This document shows, one piece after another, positions 35,449 to 49,705 of a stretch of DNA of 64,000 nt. The DNA lies in contig OZ024741.1 in NCBI GenBank assembly GCA_964016885.1, forward strand, positions 78,306,001 to 78,370,000, in the 5' to 3' direction. This DNA comes from Eledone cirrhosa. Lineage: Eukaryota. The stretch's first letter is position 1; each line of letters opens with the position of its first letter. The notes beneath the pieces are model-generated. The model saw only the letters and a program-made list of their open reading frames with translations, was not told the DNA's origin and searched no databases. Made by a program: the position numbers and the translations under genes.

Positions 35449-35659
35449 TTAACCCTTTAGCATTTACATTACTCTGTATATACAATTATATTTTTATGGT
35501 AAAGGCTTTATCTCACATAATATTCTATGAGATTTTGATATTATTTATTTTGAGAACAATACCTTAACATCAGTAAGAGTGGACGGTTACAGACAGTTTG
35601 AACAAAAAAAGTGAGAGATTTCAGGCCAGATATGGCCAATTCAAATGCTAAAGTGTTAA
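35449..35659. mobile_element. TTAA-flanked MITE (piggyBac-like ends)
   Basis: TTAA-CCCTTTAGCATTT...AAATGCTAAAGTG-TTAA. Homologues at 39506 and 60036. Confidence 0.8.
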
Positions 35660-36253
35660 TCTTGCCATTCTTATCCCACTTTCATAACACAAAGAAGGAG
35701 GAAGGTGATGACGAAGATAAAAGAAGGTAGAAAAAGAGAAATACAGATAGACAGAAAAAGAAATAGAAAGACAGAGTAAAAGAGAATAAAAACAAAGGAA
35801 TGGACAACAACCATAAAGCGAAATAGATAAACAGAAAGAAAGAGAAACTGACGGAAAGGGTGAGAGAAAGAAAAAGACAAAAAGTGGGAGAGTTATCTGT
35901 TCTTCTCCTTCTTTGCCCTTCTTCTGCAACAACAATCAAGGTAGAATTAAAGTTAGACATTAATGAGAGTGATACATGTTCAGACAGATTCAGGCATGTA
36001 TTCACAACACATCATATTTTGTTAAATTATTAGTGTAAACCAACCATACATACATTCTTTTATTCTTTTAGTGATTTCAGTCATTAGACTGTGGCCATGC
36101 TGGGGCACTACCTTCAAGGGAGTTAGTCAATCCTTTTGTCTCCATTACTTGTTTCTTTAAGTCTGATACTTATTTTATCAATCTTTTTTGTCATATTACT
36201 AAATTACAGGACAAAGTTACATAAACAAACATAAACAAACATAAACACATACA

Positions 36254-36256
<3 letters not shown>

Positions 36257-36341
<85 letters not shown>
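36257..36341. repeat. (TG)n microsatellite
   Basis: Direct reading. Confidence 0.97.
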
Positions 36342-36342
<1 letters not shown>

Positions 36343-36429
36343 ATATATCATCAACATCATCAGCCATCTACAGATGAAACTATGACATCACTCACACTCT
36401 GCCTCCAATTGTCTTTGTTCCCCAATCAA

Positions 36430-36890
36430 GACTTTGACTTCAGAATCTGAGTTTATACTAGTATCTTCTCTGAGTAGTTTTTAGAAAGATTTTCATTCCT
36501 GCTCCTCTGTACCACCTACCTCCTGATGGTGGCTAAAATAAAAACTTAGAAACCAGTTTGTCCCTTGTTCTGTGCAAATTACCACCAAAACATAATCTTC
36601 TCTACTGAATGGTATCTGAGAGCTGCAGCATGCCTTGGTATAGCTCTCTGTTGGTTATAAGATCTTTCTAGCTGATGTTACAAATCCTTTTCAATAGCTT
36701 AGTATATAATCCATCAATTTTTATTTCTAGATTTCGTGTTATGGACCAAGTTGTATAGCTGAATACTTTTTACACATACTCTGAAAAATCTAAGTTTCAG
36801 TTTTCTGTCCATGTTAGACTTCCATATTTTATCTAGCTGATTTATTGAAGACCATGCCAGTTCTTTCCTTACTCTACAATCATCATAGAA
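36430..36890 (-). mobile_element. Decayed LINE thumb-domain fragment
   Basis: RKELAWSSINQLDKIWKSNMDRKLKLRFFRVCVKSIQLY. Confidence 0.65.
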
Positions 36891-39505
36891 AATCATGCAT
36901 GTATGTATAATGTGTTCCCATACAGTTTCTACCAAATTTCACTTACAAGGCATTGATAATAGAAGATGCCAAAGGTGCCATGCAGTGAATTCCTTAACCA
37001 CACAGCCATGTTCACTGTGTTTTGTACTTTTCACAAGATTTGGTTTATATACATTGTTGTGGAGTTTCTATAGAGTTGCCATAGTCAATAAATTAAAGAA
37101 GGAATGACTTTTGTTAAGCTGGTATGCCCTTTACCACATTACATGAACACTACTGAGCCGATGAGAAAGCTATACTGCAATCACTTCGCTTGCTTGAAAT
37201 AGCAGACAAAATTTAAAAAAACAACACCACACTAGATAATGCACTTGATATATTATAAAAATAGCTAAAGTACTGAGAGAGTCTTTATGTTGATAGATTG
37301 TGAATGCTTAACTCTTAACTTCCTGCAATGATTTAGCAGAAAATATCTAAAAACGGATTTGTCAATTCAAATATTTTTTATATCTTAATTAGTGAAAATC
37401 TGCAGTAAACTAAAGTATATACTTTCATTTTTATTGTAAAGCAGTCACAGCACTGCTTTATACTTTTTAAGAATGTCTTGTCAATATAGTTTCATGTGGT
37501 AGAAGATGTTACACATGTTGGTGTTAGGAAGCACATATAGCCATAGAAAACTTGCTAAGCAAAGGGTCAAGAGGACTCTTCAGTTATGTCAAGGTACAAC
37601 AGTCTCTTTAGTGCTAGTGTAGTGATAAAATGTGCCCAGTACACTCTGTAAATTGCTGGATGTACGTAAGTGAGATGGCCCATCTAATGGATCAGTAACT
37701 CCGATTAAGTACCGTCTTGGACTGTGATGACCCAGCCAACCCATGCCAAAATGGAAAAGTGGATGATAAATGATAATGAGGATGAAGGGGAAGAGTGGTT
37801 AGAAAGTTTCTGGACTGCACATGCTGTGATTCTAGTGTTCAGTGGAAATGCCTGCATAACTGATGATTGTTGATAGTTAACCTATCAAGTCAATCTATAA
37901 ATAGGCTTCATGTCATCTACCCATGTTCAATTCTTTGGTTAGAGAATAGGTTTTTGAGTCGCATACATATTTCAAGGTCAGTTGAGGCTCAGTTCAAAAT
38001 TGTGAGCATTCAGGACAAACAGCCACTAAAAAATGTGGAAAAAATTCATAAAATCATATACAAGAATTATCACTAAAAATTTCCTCACTCTCTCACATGA
38101 TTGGTATCCGTTATTGAGTCTGCTAGGATTTTCTCAAACAAAACTTGAACACAGATTAAGTTGCTCTGAAGTTTGTTCCTTGGCTCTTGACACTCAATCA
38201 AAAGCAGAAATGTCTTGATTAGTGACTTTAGTTACACAAGAAGTCTATCAATGAAATTGAAACTAAAAAAGTTTTATCTTGATCTGCTATATTAAATTCA
38301 AATAGAATCACAGCCAGTATTGGATGGTCTTCAGGAAGAGGACTTTTGGAGTCTGAAAGTCATGCAGTATCACAGTATAAATTCGAAAGGGGACTATTTC
38401 AAAGTTGATGGTGCCCTAATATATATGAAGTATATTATTTATCTGGTGTACTTCTTTTACACTTTGTCCAGGAACTTTCTAATACCTCCTTATATATTCA
38501 GCTTCAATTTGTGGTTAAACATGAAAGATACATAGTTCAACTCCTGAAACAGAATCTGTATCTTTCTGTCTTAAGTCATATGAATAAATGTCTTATATAC
38601 AATTTATATTTAAATAACTTAACCATTTACATTATAACTTATACATTTGTATATTTGTATGCAGACTTGTGCAAAGCTGTGAAATGTAGATCCCATTTTA
38701 ATCTGCCCATTATGTATTTTAGTAATTAGTGATAAATACATATGGTTTATAAATGGGTTGTGGGTATAGTACATGACGTACTTGTAAGTAACAGAACAAT
38801 AAAAGAATGATAAATTGATGGGAGAAGGCAAGCCCCTTGAATTCATAAGCAAATGCTAACTGGCCTGCTTGCCACATCTCTGTTCTGTTCTGGTCAGCCT
38901 GCCTGCTTGCATGTGTACGTGTTTTTAAAAAACTACAATATATATCCACAAGACCAACCTGCTACTACCACAACAGCCAACACCTATCTTGGTGCTTTAT
39001 TTTTATGGAACCTTTTGGAAGACGAAAAACAAAACCTACATTGGTAGGATTTGAAAACTCCAAACTGCTAAATACCGCCAAACTCCAAACTGCTAAATAC
39101 CGCCATTAATAACTGAAAATTTTCTGTTTCTCTTAAAATAAATCTAATGGGCAATAAATGTTAACTCTCAACATGCTAGACATTTTTATGAATTGCATTA
39201 TGAATTGCATTATGTATTATGTATTAAAGGGAGATTACTCTATCAGCAACTTAATGCACCTGGAGCCTCCAGAAGGTTATGTTGAGCCAGAGCAGCAGTT
39301 CAAGTTGTTGCTATTTCATTCAATGAACTATTTTTAGAGGGATGAGACAATAATCAGCTGGCCTCAATTCTTTTCCAGTTTACTTCCTTTACAATGTGGT
39401 TGTGTTGTGACCTTATTTCTATAATCAGACATAGAGTGTGTTGGAGACAAACTGGATAATTAGTGCTTTGCAACAACACATATTCTTTCTACTAAAAAGT
39501 GTATG

Positions 39506-39691
39506 TTAACCCTTTAGCATTCACATTATTTTATATATACTATTATTATCTCACATAATATCGAATCTATGAGATTTTGAAAGTATTTATTTTGAGAATA
39601 ATACCTTAACATCAGTATGAGCGACCAGTTACAGCCAGTTTCAACAGAAAGAGGTAGAGAATTTTGGCCGGTTTGAACACTAAAGGGTTAA
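39506..39691. mobile_element. TTAA-flanked MITE
   Basis: TTAA-CCCTTTAG...CTAAAGGG-TTAA. Confidence 0.8.
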
Positions 39692-39852
39692 GAGTAATAT
39701 TTACAATTTACAAGTAGAATGGCTGGAACTGACCCCACATCTATACAAACATATATACATAGATAGATACATATATTTACTCACACACATATATATACAT
39801 ACACATGTATATACATACACACATATATATATATACATATATATATATACAT

Positions 39853-39901
<49 letters not shown>

Positions 39902-39965
39902 CAAATATATATATATACATACAAATATATATATATACATATATATATATATACATATATATATT

Positions 39966-40872
39966 GAAAGTACAGTAGCCAGAGTCAGAATAGGATGGAA
40001 AAAGTTCAGAGAGCTTATACCACTATTGGCCATTAAAGGTTTCTCTCTAAAAATGAAAAGCAGACTGTATCATGCCTGCATACGAACAGCAATGTTACAT
40101 GGTAGTGAGACATGGGCATTGTGTGCAGAGGATCTGTGCAGACTGGGGAGGAACGAAGCATACATGCTCCGTTGGATGTGTAATAGTAATATACGTGAAC
40201 GACAAAGCATAAATGAACTCAGTGAGAAATTAGGAATAAGAGGATCAGATGCTGTTTACTCGAGAGAAGACTACATTGGTATGGTCACGTGATGCGCATG
40301 AAAGATGACAGCTGTATAAAAAAGTGCAGAGCAATCAAAATTGATGGAAGTTACGGGGTAGATAAACCCAGAAAAACCTGGGACGATTTGATAAATTCCG
40401 ACCTTACACACTTACACCTCTCTAAGACAATGTCACTGGACAGAGATCTTTGGCGCTACGCAGTAATACAGAAGACCTGCCTTGCCTAAGTACAAAGTGA
40501 AACCTACAGTCAGTAGGCACCTCTTAACCAAATCCCCCCCCCCAATCCCCCCACCCCCATCAACACCACCCCTTTCTCTGTAAAGTTATGTTGGTACCAC
40601 AACATCCAGTCCTAAATAAATGAGGTCGTGTGGGTGTCACGACAAAAAAACACACAGTCCATGCTGTAATGTGGTTGTGTAGGTAACACGGTAAAAACCT
40701 CTCAGTCAGTCCACACTGTAAAGGTGGTTGGTGTTAGGAAAGGCACCCAGCCATAGAAAACCTGCCAGACAGTCCTATACAAGCGAGACAACAAATCTTG
40801 CCTCAAGTGGGACAATTCCCGTCTAAACCCATGCTAGCGTGGAAGATAGACGTTAAACGATGATGATGATGA
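39966..40872 (+). mobile_element. 5'-truncated older RTE LINE copy
   Basis: Frameshifted C-terminal ORFs, 3' UTR and (GAT)n tail. Preceded by a TA-rich tract. Confidence 0.92.
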
Positions 40873-41069
40873 TATACATACACATATATATATATACATG
40901 CACATATATATATACATATATATACATGCACATATATATACATACACATATATATATATACATATATATACACATATATATACATATATATACATATATA
41001 TACATACACATATATATATATACATATATATACATACACATATATATATACATACATTTATATATACAT

Positions 41070-41116
<47 letters not shown>

Positions 41117-41747
41117 TATATACATACACATACACATATATATTCATATATATATACATACACATATATACATATATATACATATATATATACATACACA
41201 TATATAGATATATATACATATATATATACATACATATATATACATATATATATATACATACACATATACATATATATATATACATACACATATATACATA
41301 TATATACATACACATATACATATATATATATACATATATATACATACATATATATATACATACACATATATACATATATATACATACATACACATATATA
41401 TATACATACACATATATATATATATACATACACATATACACATATATACATATATATACATACATACACATATATATATACATACATACACATATATATA
41501 TACATACACATATATATATATATATACATACACATACATATATATATATACATACACATATATATATATATATACATACACACACATATATATTTATACA
41601 TATATATATACACATATATACATACACATATATACATATATATACATACACACATATATATATATACATACACACATATTTATATACATATATACATACA
41701 CATATATATATATATACATATATATACATACATATATATATACATAT
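40873..41747. repeat. Compound (TA)/(CA) microsatellite
   Basis: Direct reading. Confidence 0.97.
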
Positions 41748-41929
41748 GATGTCTGCCCCCTCGTTATCGAGTATGGCCATTGCACGAGAAAAAAACCCCC
41801 ATAATAATAACAATAATAATAATAATAATAACAACAATAATAATATACATATATATATACATACAGGCACACACATAAACATATCTACACACACACACAC
41901 ACACGATAGCAACTAACAGCGCTGCGATC

Positions 41930-42440
41930 GAATGTGGCTTTTTAGCCCGGCCAATGATCTAAAATGTCTTGCACAGAGTCGGCAACCAAAACATTCATTG
42001 GCAATAGCCGGCTGTGGTTGGAGTTCATGTACTTTTGCATGTCGTTTGAGCCTCCTGCTGATTTACATTCTCTACCACATGCTTGGCAAGCATGATGAGT
42101 AGCATCTCCAACATCAGCCTGGTAGTCAACCACTGGTCTTACTTTATGACTGCGAAGATGACTTTCGAGTCCAGCTTTGCTTAGGCAGAGTCTCGCACAG
42201 ACGCTGCATGTCAACACCAGAGGAGGACCCTCGCTGTCTGGAAGTGCAACAGCAATGCCCTTCCTCACATCCCGCTTTACTTTCTCGTATGCGATTCGAG
42301 ATGCCTCAAAGGCAACTTTTCCCTCATATACAGTCTTTCTCCATTTATTACGACCAGCAGCAATATTTTCCCATGTATCAACAGAGATGTTAGCGTCTTT
42401 CAAAGAGGCTTTCAAGGAATCCTTATACCTCTTTTTTGGT
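41930..42440 (-). mobile_element. 3' end of a different RTE/BovB-like LINE with a C2H2 finger
   Basis: KASLK..TWENIAAGRNKWR..CSVCARLCLSKAGLESHLRSH. Confidence 0.8.
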
Positions 42441-42752
42441 TACACATATATATATACATATACATACATATGTACATACATGTATACATATATACATATA
42501 CATATATATAGTATTTTTTTCACCTTAGCGAATTTGGTCCTTTACGATTTGAACACATATATGTATATATCTGTGTTTATCTTTCTTTTATATTCAATTA
42601 TAATAAGGAGTTGACGGACCCAGCATATTTATCAATGCCAGGACCGGTTGTATCTCAGCGTACTCAATAGGTAATGTAGGATACATTCCCAGAGTATACA
42701 CATAGCTATTCACTTCAATACAACACACGTAAAACGGGTGCCTATACTAGTT

Positions 42753-42863
42753 CCAGGACTCGAGTTTCAGCCACACTTAATGCAGTGGTAGGGTGCACTG
42801 CACCTTCTGTCTGCATATATTATGCAACAATGTATAATCGGCGTATGTGGCTTCATCAGCGGG
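42753..42863 (-). ncRNA. Type I hammerhead ribozyme, family E (branched stem II)
   Basis: cccg-CTGATGA-agccacat..[two hairpins]..gtgtggct-GAAAC-tcga-GTC/ctgg. Stem III is the palindrome ACTCGAGT. Stem I has one mismatch. Confidence 0.75.
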
Positions 42864-43218
42864 TATCGCCTAATCAAAAACCAATCGATCGACAGAATCC
42901 AAACCCCAGCCCATGCCGGCTATGACTGTTTGTAACGGCCGACACAGTAAGGTGATTAGCAACTGGAATCCAATACAATTCTGTCCCCCAACCAGCCACT
43001 GATTTACAAACTTTACGTGGTGGCGGGAGAATAGAAAACAAATCTTTTCGTTCCCGTCAAAAGCTCTCAGCCAACGTCTTTCAAACACAAATTAATAAGA
43101 AGTGAAAAGGTGGTTATGCATACATATATATATATATATATATATATTCATATATATATATATACATACATATATACACATATATACATACATACATATA
43201 CATACACATATATATATA

Positions 43219-44111
43219 CGAGGTGTGTCAGAAAAGTTCCAGGACTGATGTCACAAAAGATTTATTTCAAACCCAAACTTCACACTAAGAGTTTTCTCCT
43301 TCAAAGTAATCCCCTGGAGTATGTAACTGTAATCTTAGCTCTCTGCAGCGATCAAACTTTTTTCTTTATAATTTTATAAACATGTCCTCTGTTTCAGGTC
43401 GTCAAGCAATGATCACAGAGCAACGAACAAACTTGAAAACTCCGTCAGAAGCACTGGGATTGCTGCAGCAAGTGTATGGAGATAAGACGATGTCATGTTC
43501 ACGTATTTTTGAGTGGTGCAAGAGGTTTAAAGAAGGACGCGAGGACGTGAAAGATGACCCCAAGAGCGGAAGGCCCTCAACAACCAGGACTGAGGTCAAC
43601 GTTGAGCGCGTCAGGCAGATGGGGCGTAGTGATCGTGGGCTGACTGTTCGACTGATGGCAAATGAGCCGGGCATGAATCGGGACAGCATCTGGAAGATTC
43701 TCACTGAAGATTTGGATATGCGGAAAGTCTGCGCGAAGATGGTGCCAAAACTGCTGAACGATAACCAGAGGGTCGACGCATGCAAGTGTGCCAGGACATC
43801 CTCGAGCATCTTGAAACCTAATCAGACTTGCTAGGGACAGTCATCACTGGTGATGAGTCATGGATTTTCGAGTACGATCTGGAGAGGACCCGTTTTGAAG
43901 ACGTGGATGACATCAAAAAGGCCATGAGGACGGAACTGCGAAGGATCCTGGAAGAATCCTTCCAGGAGTGCATGCAAGCGTGGCAGAAAAGGATGGAAAA
44001 GTGCATTAGACTCCAGGGGGTTACTTTGAAGGAGAAAACTCCTAGTGTGAAGTTAGGGTTTGAAATAAATCTTTTGTGACATCAGTCCTGGAACTCTTCT
44101 GACACACCTTG
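43219..44111 (+). mobile_element. Internally deleted mariner transposon
   Basis: ~55-bp terminal inverted repeats (cgaggtgtgtcagaaaagttccaggactgatgtcacaaaagatttatttcaaaccc) and TA flanks. Peptides FEWCKRFKEGREDVKDDPKSGRP and ITGDESWIFEYD. Confidence 0.93.
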
Positions 44112-44257
44112 TATATACATACACACAGACATATATATATATATATATATACATACACACACACATATATATATATATAGGAAAAAGTTTAACCACAACG
44201 GCAGAGCTCACACACACACATACATATATATACACACACATATATATACACACACAC

Positions 44258-44288
<31 letters not shown>

Positions 44289-44454
44289 TATATATACATA
44301 TACATACACATATACATGCATATACATACACATAAACACACACATATATATATATATACATGCATATGCATACACATAAACATATATATATATATACACA
44401 TACATATATATATATACATGCATATACATACACATAAACATACATATATATATA

Positions 44455-45145
44455 CTAGCTAAACTACCCGCACTTTGGACGGTCCAAGTAGCTTTCGATG
44501 TAGCTCATTAAACTAAACAAAGTAAATTTGAATACATAGAAGAAAAACGTACTTTATGTAAACATGAGAACCTTAGGCACTATTCCAGCGAAATAATTAA
44601 TATGTAAGCTCAGTGTCATCCGTTATACCATGTAACAACAGAAATCCTGTCTCGGTATACATTTTTTTGACAACAGTAAAAGCGCATGATGAAATAGAGA
44701 GGTGAAGTGAATAATAGACACTATTATGTACAAAGCATAATATTGAAACGATAAATTATACAATGACAAATCTATAACTTAACTTAGATATCTGTTAGAA
44801 ATTGCTGGTTTTGAAATATACAAAATGATATTGTTAGTCTCAAGGAAGCGTACCTTTTGTTTCAAGTACAAAGAGTAAATTAAAATCCGAATGAGCCGAA
44901 TTACGAAAGATAACTCTTGTCTTACTTAATCACGAAAATTGACACAAATAACCGAAACTTTTTTAATGTCTCCAAAGGCCCCAATATCGATTTTTGAAAG
45001 CCTTTGTAGATCATGTACAGGTTTTGTGCAAGGAGAAGCTCTGTAAAATATTTCAAAGAAATCGCATGAATGGTTTAGAATATATGAGCCCTCATTAAAA
45101 ATTGTCCACACACACACATATACAGAAAACTTCGTCTTTATATAT
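44455..45145 (-). mobile_element. Non-autonomous Helitron-like element
   Basis: 3' CTAG with a subterminal GC hairpin at 44455-44482. The (CA)n-containing 5' end lies in (TA)n. Confidence 0.6.
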
Positions 45146-45150
45146 ATATA

Positions 45151-46152
45151 CTAGCATTAAAGCCCGGCGTTGCTCGGGGTCAGTAAGTTACCAAAGTTAG
45201 GTTGCACCACCCATTTTATGGCAGCACTTTTTTGTCTGCCAGGCACTGGGTGAATGAATTGCAGACCTGGACTGCCGAAGCAGGAGCTGCGCCAGCAGTG
45301 ACAATTGTAGTTTCGCCTATGGATATTATCTCTGTGCAAAGAAGTGTTGAAATTTATTGTTTCACAGTACTTGCGCAACACGCGCGTAGACGGTGCCAGC
45401 CGTACAACAGAGCTGCGATGGAGTTGTTCTACATGGTTGTCTAATGTGTTTTCTAAATTTAAGACAGTAGGGAGGGGTGTGATATGGGGGAGAGTTAGCT
45501 GCTGTTTCTAGCAGGTTTAGTGACCTCATAGAGGATATGTGTTTTCTAAATTTAAGACAGTAGGGAGTGGTGTGATATGGGGGAGAGTTAGCTGCTGTTT
45601 CTAGCAGGTTTAGTGACCTCATAGAGGATATTATTTTGTATAGTAAATAAACTGATACTTCTTTCTTCCACGTTCGTTGAGAGGTTTTAAAAAAGATTTA
45701 TCGCTATTTTTTGTTGTTGTTGAATAAATTTATCTGTTGCTTTTGAATAATGGTTGTTTCGTATGAAATGTAATAAGTTCTCTTTGTCATTGAAGTAAAT
45801 AAATGTTTGACCGTTCCACACTAAAAAACAAACGTTCTCTCTTTCTCTCCCTCTCTCTTCGGCGTTCCTAAAGGAAGTTTGTAAGCATGTATGTAGTTTT
45901 ATCGAATTTTAAGGGGAGGAGAGAGAGGTATTTATAAAGTATTAGAGGGGTAAAGCGTCATGTATTTAGTTTTATCGATTATTTCCATAATTGTGGGTGA
46001 GTCTGAATGAAATAAATAGTCGTTGATATAAGTTAGACCATTTACAACATTCTTACAGACTTTGAGTCAAATCGGTTTGAAATTGTGCAAATGTATAAAC
46101 ATGGAACATGCACACACACACACAACAACAATCTGCCTTTTATAGATAATGA
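45151..46152 (-). mobile_element. Non-autonomous Helitron-like element with an internal 93-bp tandem duplication
   Basis: ctagc..cccggcgttgctcggg terminus shared with the 52899 element. Duplication at 45444-45630. Confidence 0.7.
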
Positions 46153-46334
46153 TACAGATATACACATACATATACATACACATATATACATACACATACA
46201 TACACACACACATATATACATACACATATATATATATACATGTATATATATATATACATATACATACATACATATATATACATGTATATATATATATATA
46301 AATACATACATACACACACACACATTATATACAT

Positions 46335-46381
<47 letters not shown>

Positions 46382-47051
46382 CATACATACACACACACAC
46401 ACATATATACATATATATATACACATACATACATACACACACACACACATATATATATATATAATTGAATATAAAAGAGAGATGAAAATATAGGTTTGTA
46501 TTCCTTTTCTTGATTTATTATTTTAAAACTGGCAGTTTTATTATTTTAAAACTGGTTGGGTGAATACATTAAAAAAAGACGATATTATATATAAACTGCA
46601 TTAGGAGAAAATTAGTGACAGAAATATATGAATATTTATTTAAGCGATCACTAACCGGAAATGTTGACATTTGAACATTTTAAAGAAGTGAATCTTTAAA
46701 TAAGTAATAAAATATATTTAATGAACAGCCACGACATTTAGTAGATAAATTATGTAATATTCATTCATTATTTATTCAAAGTAATCCAACTTATTTTACT
46801 AAGGGGATAACAAATTATAAACCGTACAGAGTCCCGCGCTTCTTACTTTATTATAGTTTAAATTGAGTCTGGCAAACCATATTGTTAATAATATTTTTTT
46901 CACCCTAGTGAACTTAGTCCCTTGCGATTTGCACACATGTATGTTTATATCTGTGTTTATCTCTCTTTTATATTCAATTATATTACACGGCTCAGAAAAA
47001 CCTCTTTAATTGTAAGAGACTATTTTGAGATTCTAACTCAATATATACCTT

Positions 47052-47104
<53 letters not shown>

Positions 47105-47313
47105 TATATACATATATACATACACATATATATACACACACATACAAGCAGGGAAAAGCGGACGTAAAATGATGATGATAATGTATATATATGTATATAT
47201 ATACACACATACATACACAAGCACACATATATATATATATACATATACATACACACACACGCACATATATATACACACACACACACATATATACACACAC
47301 ACACACATATATT

Positions 47314-47348
<35 letters not shown>

Positions 47349-47852
47349 GTAGATAAATCTACCAAAATATACGGTAGTGTCCAATCCGTATGAAGAACTC
47401 AATGTAATCCAAATATCATGAAAAGAGAAGATGTATTCAAAAATTTTTTCAATGAAAATCACAGGAAAACAGAGTCTAGATAAATTAATAAAAACAATGA
47501 ATAAAAACAAAGAAACAGTTCCTTATATTAAAAAAATCATCATTTTACGATCGTTTCTAGGATATATATGTGTGTGTTGGTATGTATATCATATAGATCT
47601 ATGTAAACATTTTACAAACTATCGGAGGAAATATACATACCTACACATATATATGCTGTCTTCAGAAATAAGACAGCATATATATGTGTAGGTATGTATA
47701 TTTCCTCTGATAGTTTGTAAAATGTTTACATAGATCTATATGATATACATACCAACACACACATATATATCCTAGAAACGATCGTAAAATGATGAATTTT
47801 TTAATATAAGGAACTGTTTCTTTGTTTTTATTCATCGTTTTTATTAATTTAT
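47349..47852. mobile_element. Fold-back copy of hammerhead family B (183-bp arms 47480-47662 / 47670-47852)
   Basis: Near-perfect palindrome. The minus strand at 47537-47669 retains CTGAAGA...GAAACGATCGTA. (TA)n lies on both sides. Confidence 0.88.
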
Positions 47853-47866
47853 ATATATATATATAT

Positions 47867-48300
47867 AGGAAGCATCTTCCTCTGCTGACGAAGAAGGGTT
47901 TCTCCCTGCATACGAAAGGTCAGTTATATGATGCCTGTGTAAGGTGCACGTTGCTGCATGGTGGTGAGACATGGGTAGCAACTGCAGAAGATATGCGATG
48001 TCTGGAGAGAAATGAGGCAAGCATGCTCCGTTGGATGTGCAATGTCAATGTGCGTGAATGACTGAGCATGGATGTGTTGAGAGAGAAACTGTGTTTGAGA
48101 GGGATAAATTGTAGTATGTGGGAGAGAAGAATGCGATGGTATGGACATGTGATGCGCGTGGAGGATGACCACTGGATGAAGAAATGCCAGTTGAAGGAAG
48201 ACGTAGTAGAGGAAGACCACGAAAAACATGGGCGGAGGTGGTGAGAGCAGAAGCTCACGTTGGAGATGACGGTGGAGAGAATCGGACCCGTCCCACCCGT
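47867..48300 (+). mobile_element. Old RTE C-terminal fragment
   Basis: LPLLTKKGFSLHTKGQLYDACVR..ERNEASMLRWMC. Confidence 0.85.
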
Positions 48301-48447
48301 TGTAAGCAAGGGAAAGCCGACATAAACTCACAATCTCACAATTGCGAATCCAATTCTCTAACCACTCGGCCACGTGCCATCACTACATACATATCTACAT
48401 ACATATATATATATATACACATACACACACACATATATATATATATA

Positions 48448-48759
48448 TCTTTGTTTCGCCCGTGGATGGCTAACATCCGCGCCATCCAGGCCGAAACAAA
48501 TGAGATCGTGTAGGTGTCACGACAAAAAAACACACAGTCCACGCTGTAATGTGGCCGTGTAGGCAACACGGTAAAAACCTCCCAGACCCACACTGTAAAT
48601 GTGGTTGGTGTTAGGAAGGGCATCCAACTGTAGAAAACCTGCCAGACAGTCCTATGCGAGCAAGAAAATCACTCTTGCCTCAAGTGGGACTACCCCCGTC
48701 CAAACCCATGCAAGCGTGGAACACGGACGTTAAACGATGATGATGATGATGATGATGAT
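48448..48759 (+). mobile_element. Internally deleted RTE copy: 29 nt from the ORF start fused to the 3' UTR
   Basis: 48448-48476 matches 21762-21790 at 28/29 positions. 48477-48759 matches 24970-25250. Confidence 0.88.
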
Positions 48760-48773
48760 ACATACATATACAT

Positions 48774-48809
<36 letters not shown>

Positions 48810-48849
48810 ACACACACACACATATATATATATATACATACATATGCAT

Positions 48850-48886
<37 letters not shown>

Positions 48887-49009
48887 CATACACACACACA
48901 CATATATATATATATACATACACACACACATATATATATATATATACATACACACACACATATATATATATATATACATACACACACACACATATATATA
49001 TATATACAT

Positions 49010-49061
<52 letters not shown>

Positions 49062-49100
49062 CCCTTGCAAGCAGGGAAAAGTGGACGTATGATGATGATG

Positions 49101-49143
<43 letters not shown>

Positions 49144-49299
49144 CATACATATACCCCCTACCCCACCCCACACATATATATATTGTATTGAAGCGAATAA
49201 CTATGTGTATACTCTGGAATGTGTTCTACATTATCTATTGAGTACGCTGAAATACAACGAGTCCTTGCATTGTTAAATAGGCTGGGTCTGTCAACTCCT

Positions 49300-49480
49300 T
49301 TGGTAGTATCGGTAGAGGGTCGGACGCCATGCTTTCTAGCATTGACTTACGGCCCTTGCCATTCTGAGATGAAATCCCGCCGAGGTTAACTCTACCTTCC
49401 ATCGTTACGGGGGTCAATAAAATAAAGTACCAGTAATACACTGGTGTAATAGCTGGCCTTGTGCCAAAAGTAGAAACAAT

Positions 49481-49482
<2 letters not shown>
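49300..49482 (+). mobile_element. S2 SINE
   Basis: Core motif as at 28270-29800. Confidence 0.8.
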
Positions 49483-49513
<31 letters not shown>

Positions 49514-49589
49514 ACGATGACTTGTGGTAAGGAACCAGATGGACCATAACGCACCAGAGTACTCAATACTTAGGGTAGTAGAGTGGGTA

Positions 49590-49705
49590 ATAGGAAAATG
49601 TATGACCCTGACGGCAGAGCTGAAGCCGTTTCGATGGCTATTTCTGGACAGAAATAGCCGTCGAAACGGCTTGAGCTCTGCCGTCGGGGTCATACATTTT
49701 CCTAT
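49590..49705. repeat. Near-perfect hairpin with 56-bp arms and a 4-nt loop
   Basis: ataggaaaatgtatgaccc...tttct GGAC agaaa...gggtcatacattttcctat. Confidence 0.92.
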
